From: the human T2T-CHM13v2.0 reference genome, Homo sapiens
Direction: 5' to 3' (one strand)
Assembly: GCF_009914755.1 (NCBI RefSeq)
Contig: NC_060932.1
DNA: 64,000 nt
Shown piece after piece: positions 16,920 through 32,057 of the stretch. Position numbers and translations under genes: made by a program. Under the pieces are notes generated by a model. It had not been told where the DNA came from. It saw nothing but the letters and a program-made list of their open reading frames with translations, and ran no database searches. Positions within the stretch are counted from its first letter, which is position 1. Each line of letters begins with the position of its first letter.

Positions 16920-17190
16920 GATATGGACAGCTCTGAGGGGTCTTCCCAGACCAGTTACGGCTGCTGTTGACACCTTCTATCCACTCATCCTGCTCAGTTC
17001 TTCTTCAGAGTACTTTTACCTCCTGATTTCATATTTACCTGTTGACTTTTGCGTTGTCTGTCTTCCACACAGTAGTGAAGCTCCATGCTGTAGGGCACTT
17101 GTCTGTTTTGTTGAAGACTGTATCCCTGGCACCTAGAACACTGTCTAACTTAATAAAACACTGTGTCGAATGAACACATGAATCAATTCA
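16920..17190 (+). mobile_element. L2 3' fragment
   Basis: gaagctccatg...gtctgttttgtt...ctgtatccctggcacctagaaca...gaatgaa. Confidence 0.6.
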
Positions 17191-17873
17191 GACATTCAAA
17201 CCCTCAGAACTCCTCCATATATAATTCTGTTTAATTTTGTTGAGCTCAATATTTTTTCAGACTTCTTTCCCCTTTTCTTTCATGCCTGTCTCATCTCATC
17301 ACTTAGTCCTGAGTCAAAGCTGACCCTGGGAGGCCGGCCTTGTCCACCCTGTGGAAACCTGCTCTTTCTCATCACTAGGATGCATTTTCTTTATGGCATT
17401 AATGACTGGCAGAAATTAGCTTGTGTACTTGTGTACTTATAAGTTCACCTGTGCATTGGCTCACTCGCTGATCTCAGCTCCATGAGGACAGAGGACAGAG
17501 CCTGTCCCATGCACCACTGACTCTAAGTGCCTAGAACAAACAGGGCCTAGGAAATGCTCAGTAGTGATTTGCTGCATGGAGAGATATTGTCCAATGAACC
17601 CTCACCCACAGCCCATAGAACTGAAATTCTACCGAACATGCTCGGGGACGTGCTGTTCTCTGTCAACCCTCGCAACAAGTTGTCAGCCATTGTACAGTGC
17701 CTGTTCCCCTCTTCCATCAAAATACAAAGTGTCAGAACTGGAATGTACCTTAGATATCATCCAGCCCAGTGCTTATGTTTTTCGGAGAAAGAAACAGAGG
17801 GTCCAAGAGGATCACTGGTACCAATATAGGGCCGGTCCCCTGGGTCCCCCATCTCTTGGTCTGATTGTCCTCC

Positions 17874-18374
17874 TGTATTAGTTTTCTATGGCTGCTGTAA
17901 CAAATGACCAAAAACTGATGATAGAAAACAACAGAAATTTGTTATTTGACAGTTCTGGAGTTTGAAAGTCCAAAGTGGACCTCACTGAGCTAAAATTAGA
18001 GTGTTGGCAGGGCTGTTCCTTCTGGAGGCTCTGGAGGAGAATCATTTTCTTGCCTTTTCCAGTTTCCAGAGGCTGCCCATGTTCTTTGACTTAACAGCCC
18101 CCGTCCATCTTCAAAGCCAGCAGTGGTCAGTTGAGTCTTTCTCCAGCCGCATCATTCCAACATTGACTCTCCTGCCTGGCTCCTTCATTCATAAAGACCC
18201 TTGTGATCACATTGAGCCTACCTGGTTAAGCCAGGATAATCTCCCCATCTCAAGATCCTGAACCTAATCGCATCTGCAGAGTCCTTTCTGCCATGTGAGG
18301 GAACATAACTGCAAGTTCTGGAGATTGGAATGTGGACATCTTTTGAGGGTGATGGCACTATTCTGCCTGCTGCA
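17874..18374 (-). mobile_element. MLT1 (C/D-like) LTR
   Basis: tgtattagttttctatggctgctgtaacaaat...ccttctggaggctct...ccaggataatctccccatctcaagatcc...tggacatcttttgaggg. Confidence 0.85.
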
Positions 18375-20204
18375 CCTCCAGTCACACCATCTGCCTGTTG
18401 GTATATCCTCTTGCACATGCACATTCTCCCCTGATGACCCCCACACCTTCTGTGCCCCATTGTCACAGTACTTGTCACATTGCTTTATAGCTGGCTTAGT
18501 GCCTGGCTGCCTGGCTGGGTCATGACTCCCTTATGGCCGGGGCATGGTCGTTATACTCAACCACTGGCACATCTCTGGTACTTGGTAAGCATGTGGGTTG
18601 TTCTGGCTGCCTTGGCTGAGCTGTCTTCCTACACCCCATCCCTGTTCTTGTTCAATGATCTTAAACCGCCTCCCTCCAAGTCCTAGTTTTCGAGCTCTGC
18701 CATGGGATCAGGCCTCTCTGAGGTCAAGAGAGATCCTGGCCACCATATTTTAGTCCATGTTTTTAGTCTCCTGACATATGAAGATATGCCTCTGTCAACC
18801 AGGGGCTCAGAGTCCATGACCTCTAAGTTCCCTTCTTACCAACAAGAAGTGCATGGTTTTTGGCAAAATGGCTATAATATTTGGTAAAGAAGCTGATTCA
18901 CCTGCAACCTCAAAGAGAGACTCCTGGTCTGTAATTTATCCTTCTCCATATGCAGGTAAGTGAAATGGAGGGCTACAAAAAGCAGGACAATGTCATTTGT
19001 CAGAAACCACGCTGCACCAACCCCTTTGGACCTAAATTAATGTATTCCATCAAGCCATAAATTCCCCTCTCCCCCTCTCTTTATTTCCTCCTTCATTATC
19101 CCCTGCTCTCCAGGAGGAGTTAACAGACAACTCAAGGATACATCTCACTTACCAGGGGCAGGACTTGGGCTCTGCTCAGAAAAGAAGCCCATTATTCCCG
19201 AATCTGTGACTCTAAGGGTGATCACACCTTCTGCAGCTGAAGGGAGTACAAAGAAACACTTGAGCCTAGTGGCATCAGCCCTATTTTCTTCACTAGAGGG
19301 AAAATGGGCCATTATTCTCGCCTTGCTCCATTCCCACCAGCCCTGGGTTTAGCAGGTTCCATGCTGGACACTCCAACAACATATTAGCATATTTTGCATT
19401 TAAAAAGGGCTTGGAAAATGAATTAAATGATTGGCATGGTGTTCCCAACGGTTTTTCCCAAACTACTAGTAATTGTGTGGTTTTGAAATTTGCCATTTCT
19501 GCCTGCCATGCCCTCAGCCTGGCAGCCAGCTTAATCAGGAGACACTGTACCAGGCGGGGGCATATTTTAAGGCTCATGATACCCAGTGATTGTCAGAACA
19601 GTACCTGCAGACTTGCTAAAGAGAACCTTGTCCTAGTTTTTCAGCAGAGCTTGCAGTTCATTTTCCTTCCTTACAGAGCTGAGATTTATACCAATTAGAA
19701 TCTTCTTTTTATGAAAGGGTCTGGGTCAGCCCTTTGAGGTTGCTGAAGCGCCGGGCAGTGTAGACACCATCCAAATCCTGACACGGAGCTAACAGAGGTG
19801 CAGCTTAGGGGCGGTGCTAGGGAGTGTGCTTGTTCACAGCGCACGGCACTGCTCTAGCCAAAAGGTCTGTGTGTAAGGGGCGATTGTCTTTGGAAAGGTG
19901 GAAGCTTCTAGAATGTGTTCGGAAAAATGTGTTCAGATCCAACTTCTTCATTTTTCAGGCAAGAGAGAGAGAACCCAGAGAGACTGTTACATGTGCAGGG
20001 TCACAGCCATTTTTACTCTTCTGTGAGAGTAGAATTCAGAGTCTTCTGACTCTTAATATAGGTTTGTTAATTTTATAAGTCCATGGAAAAGAAAAATTAA
20101 CCAAGAGTTAAGAGTTTTAGGTTGAACAGGGTTCCTAGGCGGAGGTGAGAAAGCCTAGGATGGATGAATTTAGAAAATGACAAGCTCTGAAGGCACCTTA
20201 GGCA

Positions 20205-20518
20205 TTTTTATTTTTATTTTATTTTCAGGCAGGATCTCGCTCCCAGGCTGGAGGGCAGTGGCTCTATCTCGGCTCACTGCAACCTTCGAATCCAGGCTCA
20301 ATTGATCCTCCCACCTCAGCCACCCAAGTAGCTGTGACTACAAGTTTGCGCCACCATGCCTAGCTAATTTTGGGGATTTATTTGTTTGTTTTCTCCCCTG
20401 TAGAAACAGGGTTTCGCCATGTTGTGCAGGCTGGTCTCAAACTCTTGGACTCAGGTGATCTGCCTGCTTTGGCTTCCCAAAGTGCTGGGATTACAGGTGT
20501 AAGCCACCACACCCAGCC
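20205..20518 (-). mobile_element. AluJ-like
   Basis: Diverged reverse Alu, gatcctcccacctcagcc. Confidence 0.9.
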
Positions 20519-20772
20519 TACGTAAGCTTTTTTTTAACTACCGAGGATTGTTATTCATTAATATAATTAATGATGATAACAATAGTAATACTTGCTAACA
20601 TTTGTGTGCTTTCTCAGTGCCAAGCACTGTGCCAAGTGCAGGACATGTATTAGATCACTTAATTGTTGCAACAACTCTGTGAAGAAAGTTGGTACTAATA
20701 GAGCCCTGTTTTACAGATGAGAAAACTGAGGCTCAAAAAATTAAGTAACAGACCCAAGGTTACCCAGATCTG

Positions 20773-20862
20773 TCTGACTTCAGAATCAGAATCTTTAGGG
20801 GAAAAAAAGAGAATCTGACTTCAGAATCAGAATCTTTAGGGGGTGAAAAAGGAGAGAATCTG
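20773..20862. repeat. Two-copy tandem duplication (~41-45 bp unit)
   Basis: tctgacttcagaatcagaatctttagggg...gagaa repeated twice. Confidence 0.85.
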
Positions 20863-20917
20863 TACATAAATAATTAAGAAATGGGATTCTCAAGGTCGGC
20901 AGCCCTCTTTAAAGTAT

Positions 20918-20977
20918 TTAGGTTGGTGCAAAAGTAGTTGCAGTGAAAAAACCACAATTACATTTGCACCAACCTAA
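20918..20977. mobile_element. MADE1 mariner MITE (shortened, ~60 bp)
   Basis: ttaggttggtgcaaaagt...tttgcaccaacctaa inverted termini. Confidence 0.85.
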
Positions 20978-21010
20978 TATTAAATACAGAGACAAGATGA
21001 AATAGAGAAG

Positions 21011-21335
<325 letters not shown>

Positions 21336-23162
21336 CTAAGGGCACCTAGACAGCACTGGCCAGGAGAGCAGAGGCGAGTGCAGCGTATATGGAACAAAAG
21401 CACCCCTGTGGAGTGGACAGAAGCACAGACCTAGGGCTTAGGAGAGGAATGAAACAAAAATTCCTGTTTCTTCAGGAGCTGAAGATAGAGAAAGTATCTG
21501 TACAGTGCATGTGCGTGTGTGTGTTAGTGATATGGAGGAAGAGGATCTCACTCACACACCAGGAGACTGGAGGGAGGGTGCATTCTTATGCTGGCTGAGC
21601 ATAAGGGTCATTACGTGGTCACTATGTGGATAAGAGTAACAGAAGAGAAACCAAAACCCAGGAAGACAGGGAGAGCTGCGGCCCACGAATGCATCTACCA
21701 GTGTGCAGCTAAACCCATGGCAGGAGACGCTGTCCTTGTGACATACCTTGTTGACCAGAGAGCTCCTCATGCTCTGTGTAATAACTAGGCGGGGCCATGG
21801 GCTGTGGGGGATGTGCTGGCGGCAGCCCTGGTGGCCATGGGCACTGAGAAGGGACTGCTCTGAGGGAATGAGTGGTTCATTTAATCACAGGTGTGTTCCC
21901 ACGCTTCGCAGGGCTGATGGATCGTGCCTGCAAAGGGGTTCTTGGAAGGCTCATTCTAGGTTGTTCTCATTGGGAATATAAATGAAGTACAACCGGTTTG
22001 GGCTCTACCCAGGGTGTTGTAGGTTTTTATTTTATTTTATTTTATTTTACACAGAGTACCCAGGAGATGGCAGATAATAATTCATTTATTTATCCACTAC
22101 AAATTGAAGAAATTGATCTTTTTTTCAGTTATTAAAACACTACATTTCACCAAAAAGAAAACATTTACTTAACTCTGAGCCATTTATTAAATAGAATATT
22201 ATAGAACAATTTGAAGTTAGGTTATGAAGACTCTGTAATAGTAAGGGTAGCTGCTTGCATGGGACATTATGTAAAATGAGGACTATATGTAACATATGTG
22301 TAGTGGAATAACATTTTCTGAAGGCATACAGATATGCCCAAAGATGGACAGATCAAGCAGCTTGCCTAAAGCCACACCGCTGGTAAATGGCTGAGCCAGG
22401 ATTCATCAACCTAGGAAGGATGTGTTTTCTTAATCACAGCTAAACTAAACTACCAAGGCTATCTTATGGTACATTCCAACTTCAAATCTGCAAATCCAAA
22501 ATCATTTGTTCAACTCTGCAAAAGTTGCATCAAACAAGGCTTGTTAACTTTTACTGTCACAGAAGCTTCAAGAACTTATAACAATGCTTAGAGTTGGGTA
22601 ATGAACTATGCTAGTTTTTTCTTTACTTTTCAAAGTTTATTTAATGTGCTTATATTCTCTTTATAATGACATGGACGTACCTACATCCATACAAATCAGG
22701 GAGAAAATGAGAATAAGAACAATATGAAAACTCTCCCACCTCATTGTAAGAGTTGGGGAAAAACATATTTCTATTTGAGCACTGTTAGGAACCACACATG
22801 AAAGATTGGTCCCACCTTCAAGTGCTGAGGAACAGGGTAGAGACCAAATACACAAGCAAGTTTCTGTGACAACAGTTGAAAAGCTATAGCTGTAAGAGTT
22901 GAGTGTTCTGAATTTTCAGAGTGCCAAAAGGATATAAAATAAATGACCCCAGCCAGAATTCATCTTGACAAGCTTTCTGCACATATAAGGTGAGTTTGGA
23001 GAGACATTTACAAGTAGCAATGGCCTTCCCTCAACTGGTGGAAGGAATGGCATAGGCAGATTGTGAAGTGGAGCCCTGTTGGTGATGAAGAAGTGGGTTT
23101 GACACTAGGGAGAGTCTGAATGTGCCACATTGAGGGACGGAAGCATGTTAAGTTTTCAATAT

Positions 23163-23233
23163 TGTCAGAGCTATTTGAACCAGAGCAACTCCATCTTGAA
23201 TGGAGGCTGGGTAAAATGAGGCTGAGACCTACT
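23163..23233 (+). mobile_element. MER41A LTR, 5' piece
   Basis: tgtcagag...gaaccagagcaactccatcttgaa...gggtaaaatgaggctgagacctact; continues in register at 30050. Confidence 0.9.
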
Positions 23234-23620
23234 TGTAAGGTTCTTGTATCAGTTCAAACCCTGAGCGTGTGCCGACAGACAACAGGAGGCGGTGTGGAGC
23301 AACTTGCTGTTTTAATGAGAGCCTGGGTGCACACGGGCTGAGGCCTAAAATGGCGTCAGCACCAAGTGAGGACGGGGCAAAGGATTTATAGTGTCCTGTA
23401 AACAGGAAGTGTCCTAGTCTGATGTAACTGCTACGTTGTACCCAGATGGCCTGTTTCTTGATCTTCAGGGGTACGTGTCTTCCAGCTGGCCTTCTTCCTG
23501 CTTCTGCTATTTTGCTGGCGCACACTGCTGGCACAAGTAGCCTTGCACCTTGGGACTGGGCCTGAGAAGGGAGGAGTTATTCATCCCCTTAAGCTTTCAG
23601 GCCCCGGGGAGAATCTTACA
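23234..23620 (-). mobile_element. 3' LTR (MER48-like), 387 bp
   Basis: Minus strand TGTAAGATTCTCCCCGGGGCCTGAAAGC...GAACCTTACA, with TATAAA and ATTAAA. Confidence 0.9.
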
Positions 23621-23829
23621 TTCCTGTCTATTTGGTTATAGAAAAGGGAAAAGGGACAACTTTCTTAATAACTACTTCAGGCGGGACATAGGGGGTGGTG
23701 TGGGCACGTTGGAAAAAGAAAACCTTAATTTTTAGGTATTCTTGAGAGATGGGTTGGTATTCACCATGTCGTTGTAGCAGGAGCATCGCCTGCATTGTCT
23801 GGAAATATGTCTGTGCCTGCAAGACAGTT

Positions 23830-27440
<3,611 letters not shown>

Positions 27441-29215
27441 TCAGTCTTCAGCGGCAGGGCCGATGAGATCCAAGTAGGAGGTTTTGGCCGGCTCCCGAAG
27501 GGATGGGGGCGGTCCTTGCTGGGGCTGCTCATAGTCCGACTTCCAGTGGGGTCCTCCGCAGAGGGGGCACGGCCTGGTGCGCTTACCTGGGTTTGGGCAT
27601 TGTCTGGACCTGTGACCTTCATTGCCGCACTTGAAACAGGCGCCAGGTGGAGGTGGATTGCTAGGAGGCTTCCGTGTGGAGCTATGGCCCCGTGGGCCTG
27701 CAGGGCCCCTGATGGCAGAGGTAAGCATTCGAAACTCTGCCTGTTTTTGCCTTTTACTTTCCTCATCACGATTGTTAAAGACTTTGAAGGCTAAATTTAG
27801 AAGGTCTCATTGTGGGGTTTGAGGGCCGTCATCAAGCTTCTGAAGCTTGTGCCGAATATCGGTGGTGGATTGGGAGATGAACCGAAGGTTTAAGATAGTG
27901 GTTCCTTCTGGGCTAGCTGGGTCTAGGTTGGTATATTTTTTAATGGCTTCAGTTAAATGAGAGAGAAAAAGGGCTGGGTTTTCATTAGGACCTTGGGTGA
28001 TTTCTGAAAGTTTTTCATAGTTTACCGCTTTATGGGCACCCTTTTTGAGTCCTGCAAGGAGACACACAATTATGTGGTTTCAACGGTGGCATCCAGAGGC
28101 CCTGTCTTGATAATCCCAGTGGGGGTCCTGGTTGGGGACTGCCTCCGCACCAGTAGGCTGGGCAGGAGCTTGGTGATGAATGGTATCAGCATGTGCCTGA
28201 GCTACAGTCCAGATACGGTCTTGGTCTTCTGGGGTGAGGGTGGAAGAGAGGATAACCTAGAGGTCATGCCGGGTCAGTTCATAAGACTGGGTGAGGTACT
28301 GAAATTTTCTAATATAAGAGGTAGCATCTTCTGGAAATGAACCGAATCTTTTGTTAATTTGAGAGAGATCAGTGAGGCAGAAGGAAACATGAACTCTAAC
28401 AATACCTTCATTTTCTACTACTTTCTGAAGGGGGTATTCTAGCACCGGCGCTGAAGTAAGGGCGGGGCATGGGCCAAAGATGGCGCCCGAGCGAGTAAGG
28501 GCAGGAGAGAAGGAAGAAGCTGGAAGTGGTTTCTGCTGAGGGTTTGAAGGGGGAAGGGTGGTTGAGTTGATAAGCAGTGGAGGATAGGGGCGTAAGGTGG
28601 TGGGATGGGTTTACAAGCCTCAGGAGAGGGCGGTGGGGGAGGAGAATGGGTACAGGCAATACTAGAATTGTCCTGAGTAGGGGACGGTGTAGGAAAAGAA
28701 GTGGATACTGCTTACTGAGAAGATGGCGACTGGGAAGATGGCAGCTGAGAAGACAACGAGGAGGCTTGCAGGGGTTAAAGAAGATGGTTGAGAGGAAGAG
28801 GTAAGGGCTGGGAGGGGTGGACAGCAGTCTGCTGGATTTAATGAGGAAAAAGAGGTAGGGTCGGGAAGAGAAAGGCGATCAGGGTGGCAAGAATGGAGAA
28901 GGATTTGAACAGGTAAGAAAGAATTGCAGAGGTTGGGTTGTGATTTGAGAATAAAAAGCCCTGGACATAAGGAACTTCTCATTTCTTCAGTTGTCAGCAA
29001 TAATTGCTTAAGTCAGTTAAAATTGTAAAGTTGAATGTTTCATTTGCGGGCCATTTGGACCCATTATTTAATTCGTATTGTGGCCAGACTGAATTGCGAA
29101 AAAGACACAGCACTTAGGGCAGATATCTTGCCTGAGGCCTAAGGTTTTTAGGGTTTTTTTTTATGAGGCAGCCTAGAGGGCTGTCCTTTGGAGTGGAAGA
29201 CTGGGAATTTCCCAC
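27441..29215 (-). pseudogene. Retroviral gag remnant
   Basis: N-terminus (GTG)GNSQSSTPKDSPLGCLI; capsid MHR QGPNENPALFLSHL; two zinc knuckles CFKCGNEGHRSRQC and CPLCGGPHWKSDY; split by stops and frameshifts. Confidence 0.9.
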
Positions 29216-29617
29216 AACAGAGGGTAGGCTGAGAGAACAAGGAAGAGGAGAACATCCTGGACAGCAAGAGGGGGACAATAAAAGGAGCAATTGTCACTGC
29301 TGCCATTTTCGTTCCCAGAACAGGATCTAATGGCTTAGAGGCACCCCCCTAAGGCCAGATGATCAGCAAGTGCCTGACACACACCGGAACCTTCTTGGAC
29401 CAACGTTGGATTTTTGGACCAGAGAAATCAAGAGAGGCCATGTGGATTTTCCCCTGTTAACAGGGCTCCCGGGAAAACTTACCAGTAGGCGAGATCAGTG
29501 ACCGATGTGCATGCACAGAGAGGCAACTGGAGGCTGAGGAGCTTCCTTTGTCCGGCTGCTGTGGCTTGCTCTCCGGGGTGGAGGGGTAGGTCCACAGGGG
29601 ATGCAGACCTGAGCCCC

Positions 29618-29635
29618 TCCCCGGTTTTGGCACCT
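29618..29635 (-). other. Primer binding site, tRNA-Phe-like
   Basis: AGGTGCCAAAACCGGGGA vs Phe PBS TGGTGCCGAAACCCGGGA (3 mismatches); worse match to the His PBS. Confidence 0.8.
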
Positions 29636-29637
29636 GA

Positions 29638-30049
29638 CATAAGGTTCTTGTATCGGTTCGAACCCGGAGAGCGCGCGTTCGAACCAACAGACAACACGAG
29701 GCGGTGTGGAGCAACAGGCTGTTTTAATGAGTTCCTGGGTGCAGGCGGGCTGAGGCCTAAAATGGCATCAGCACCAAGTGAGGACAGGGCAAAGATTTTA
29801 TAGTCTCCTGTAAACAGGAAGTGTCCTAGTCTGACGTAACTGCTACGTTGTACCTGGATGGCCTCTTTCTTGATCTTCACGGGTACGTGTCTTCCAGCCA
29901 GGGTAGGTGTCTTCCGGCCGGCTTTCTTCCTGCTTCTGCTATTTTGCTGGCCCACACTGCTGGCGCAAGGCTTGCGCCTTGGTACTGGGCCTGAGAAGGG
30001 AGGAGTTATTCATCCCCTTAAGCTTTCAGGCCCCAGGGAGAATCTTACA
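29638..30049 (-). mobile_element. 5' LTR (MER48-like), 412 bp
   Basis: Homologous to 23234-23620 (~35 substitutions and 3 indels by eye); adjacent to the PBS. Confidence 0.9.
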
Positions 30050-30511
30050 CTACTGGGCTGCATTTCCAGACAATTAGGGCATTCTAAGGCACAGGATGAG
30101 GTAGGAGGTCCGCACAAGATACAGGTCATAAAGACCTTGCAGATAAAACAGCTTGCAGTAAATAAGCTGGCCCAAACCCACGAAAATCAAGATTTTGACC
30201 AGAGTGACCCTCTGGTCATCCTCACTGCTACACTCCCACCAGCATCATGACAGTTTACAAACACCATGGCAACGTCAGGAAGGTACCCTATATGGTCTAA
30301 AAAGGGGAGGCATGAAGAATCCACCCCTTGTTTAGCATATCATCAAGAAATAACCATAAAAATGGGCAACCCCTATGGAGTAGCCATTATTTTATTCCTT
30401 TACTTTCTTAATAAACTTGCTTTCACTTTATGGACTCGCCCTGAATTCTTTCTTGTGCAGGATCCAAGAACCCTCTCTTGGGATCTAGATCTGGACCCCT
30501 TTCCAGTAACT
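30050..30511 (+). mobile_element. MER41A LTR, 3' piece
   Basis: ctactgggctgcatttccagac...cacaagatacaggtcataaagacc...ctaaaaaggggaggcatgaa...aataaacttgctttcac...gatccaagaaccctctcttggg...ccctttccagtaac. Confidence 0.92.
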
Positions 30512-31750
30512 GTATTACTGACCATCAAAGGAAACCCCATCTGAGCAATGGGTTCCAGACCCCCATCTCTAATCGTGAGCCCCATCCTGGAAGTCACTTG
30601 TAATAAGGAAAGTTATTCCATAAGCTGGTCCTGCCACTACCCCTACAGGTTTCAAACACCCACCCTCCTTTCCAAAACCAGACCCAGGTTACTGTGGTCA
30701 CCTACTGGTGACTTCATTTGCATCTGGTGGTCAGATCTAGTCAGGGTGTAATTCGGCTAAATTAATAGTGCTAATAGTGCAAATTCCTAGTGCGTTTTAC
30801 AGGTGGGGAATAGAGGGTGAGAATTTGGGATTTAAAACTGGCATTTCAGAAATGCTGTCACATTAGAGCTTCATTTCAGTCCCTTGGGGTGGCCACCAAG
30901 TAAACAGCTCAATTTCCATCCCTGCTGGAGGTACAGAATGCAGCATTCACACTTGCCAACAGTTAATGTCTCCTGTCTTTGTCGGTGCTTAATGGCTTTT
31001 AGTAGAGTTAAGGCTGAGAAGAAAGAGACTGACTTCCTCTTATTGGGTAAAATGGAAACACTGGGGAGACAATTCCATTTCAGACAGACCCTTTCCTTCT
31101 CAGATTACTGATCCACAACCCAGCCAACTCCCTTTCAGCTCATTCAGGTAACATGGAAGACAGAGGCCACCCGCTTAGGGGAGAGGAGGGTGGAAGAGCC
31201 CGTTGAGCTTTGTGTTTGGGATTTGTCAGCAGAGAGGAGATTTGCATTTCTAATAAGAGCCCCGTCTGGGTGTGCTTTAGCCCAGTGGCTGCACATCTCT
31301 GTAGCTCTCCAAGTGCTCTCAGTTTGCAGAGCAAGGGAAGAATCTTCTACAAAAACAAATAGCTGTGGGAAGAGAGCAGAAAGCACAGCACAGTGGGGTG
31401 CCAGGGGCACTTCCTGGGTATCAAGGAACGTTTAAAAATGGTATTACATCAAGTCACCACAGACACCCTGGCGAATATTCCTCGTGTGCCCATCCCTCAC
31501 ATGCCCTTTGTCTATGTAAGAGAAACTCATTACATGTTCTACTCTGAGATTTGGAGATTTATTGTTATTTCTCCAAAAAGAAGTAACGAGGCATGTCAGT
31601 CCCAGCGTGTTTATACAGCACAAAACTGGGAAAAGAAAACAAGGTTCAACAAGAGGTGAATAGTACGATAATTAAACAATTAAATAAATAAATGGTTAAA
31701 TACGTGGTAGAAACCTTTCGATCATATATGAAGTCTACAGTATTTAGTAA

Positions 31751-32057
<307 letters not shown>

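Noticed and set aside
30290-30330. MER41 as an interferon-inducible STAT1 enhancer
   Set aside because: Sequence reads aaaggggaggcatgaa, the MER41A form lacking the segment with the TTCCGGGAA GAS sites found in MER41B
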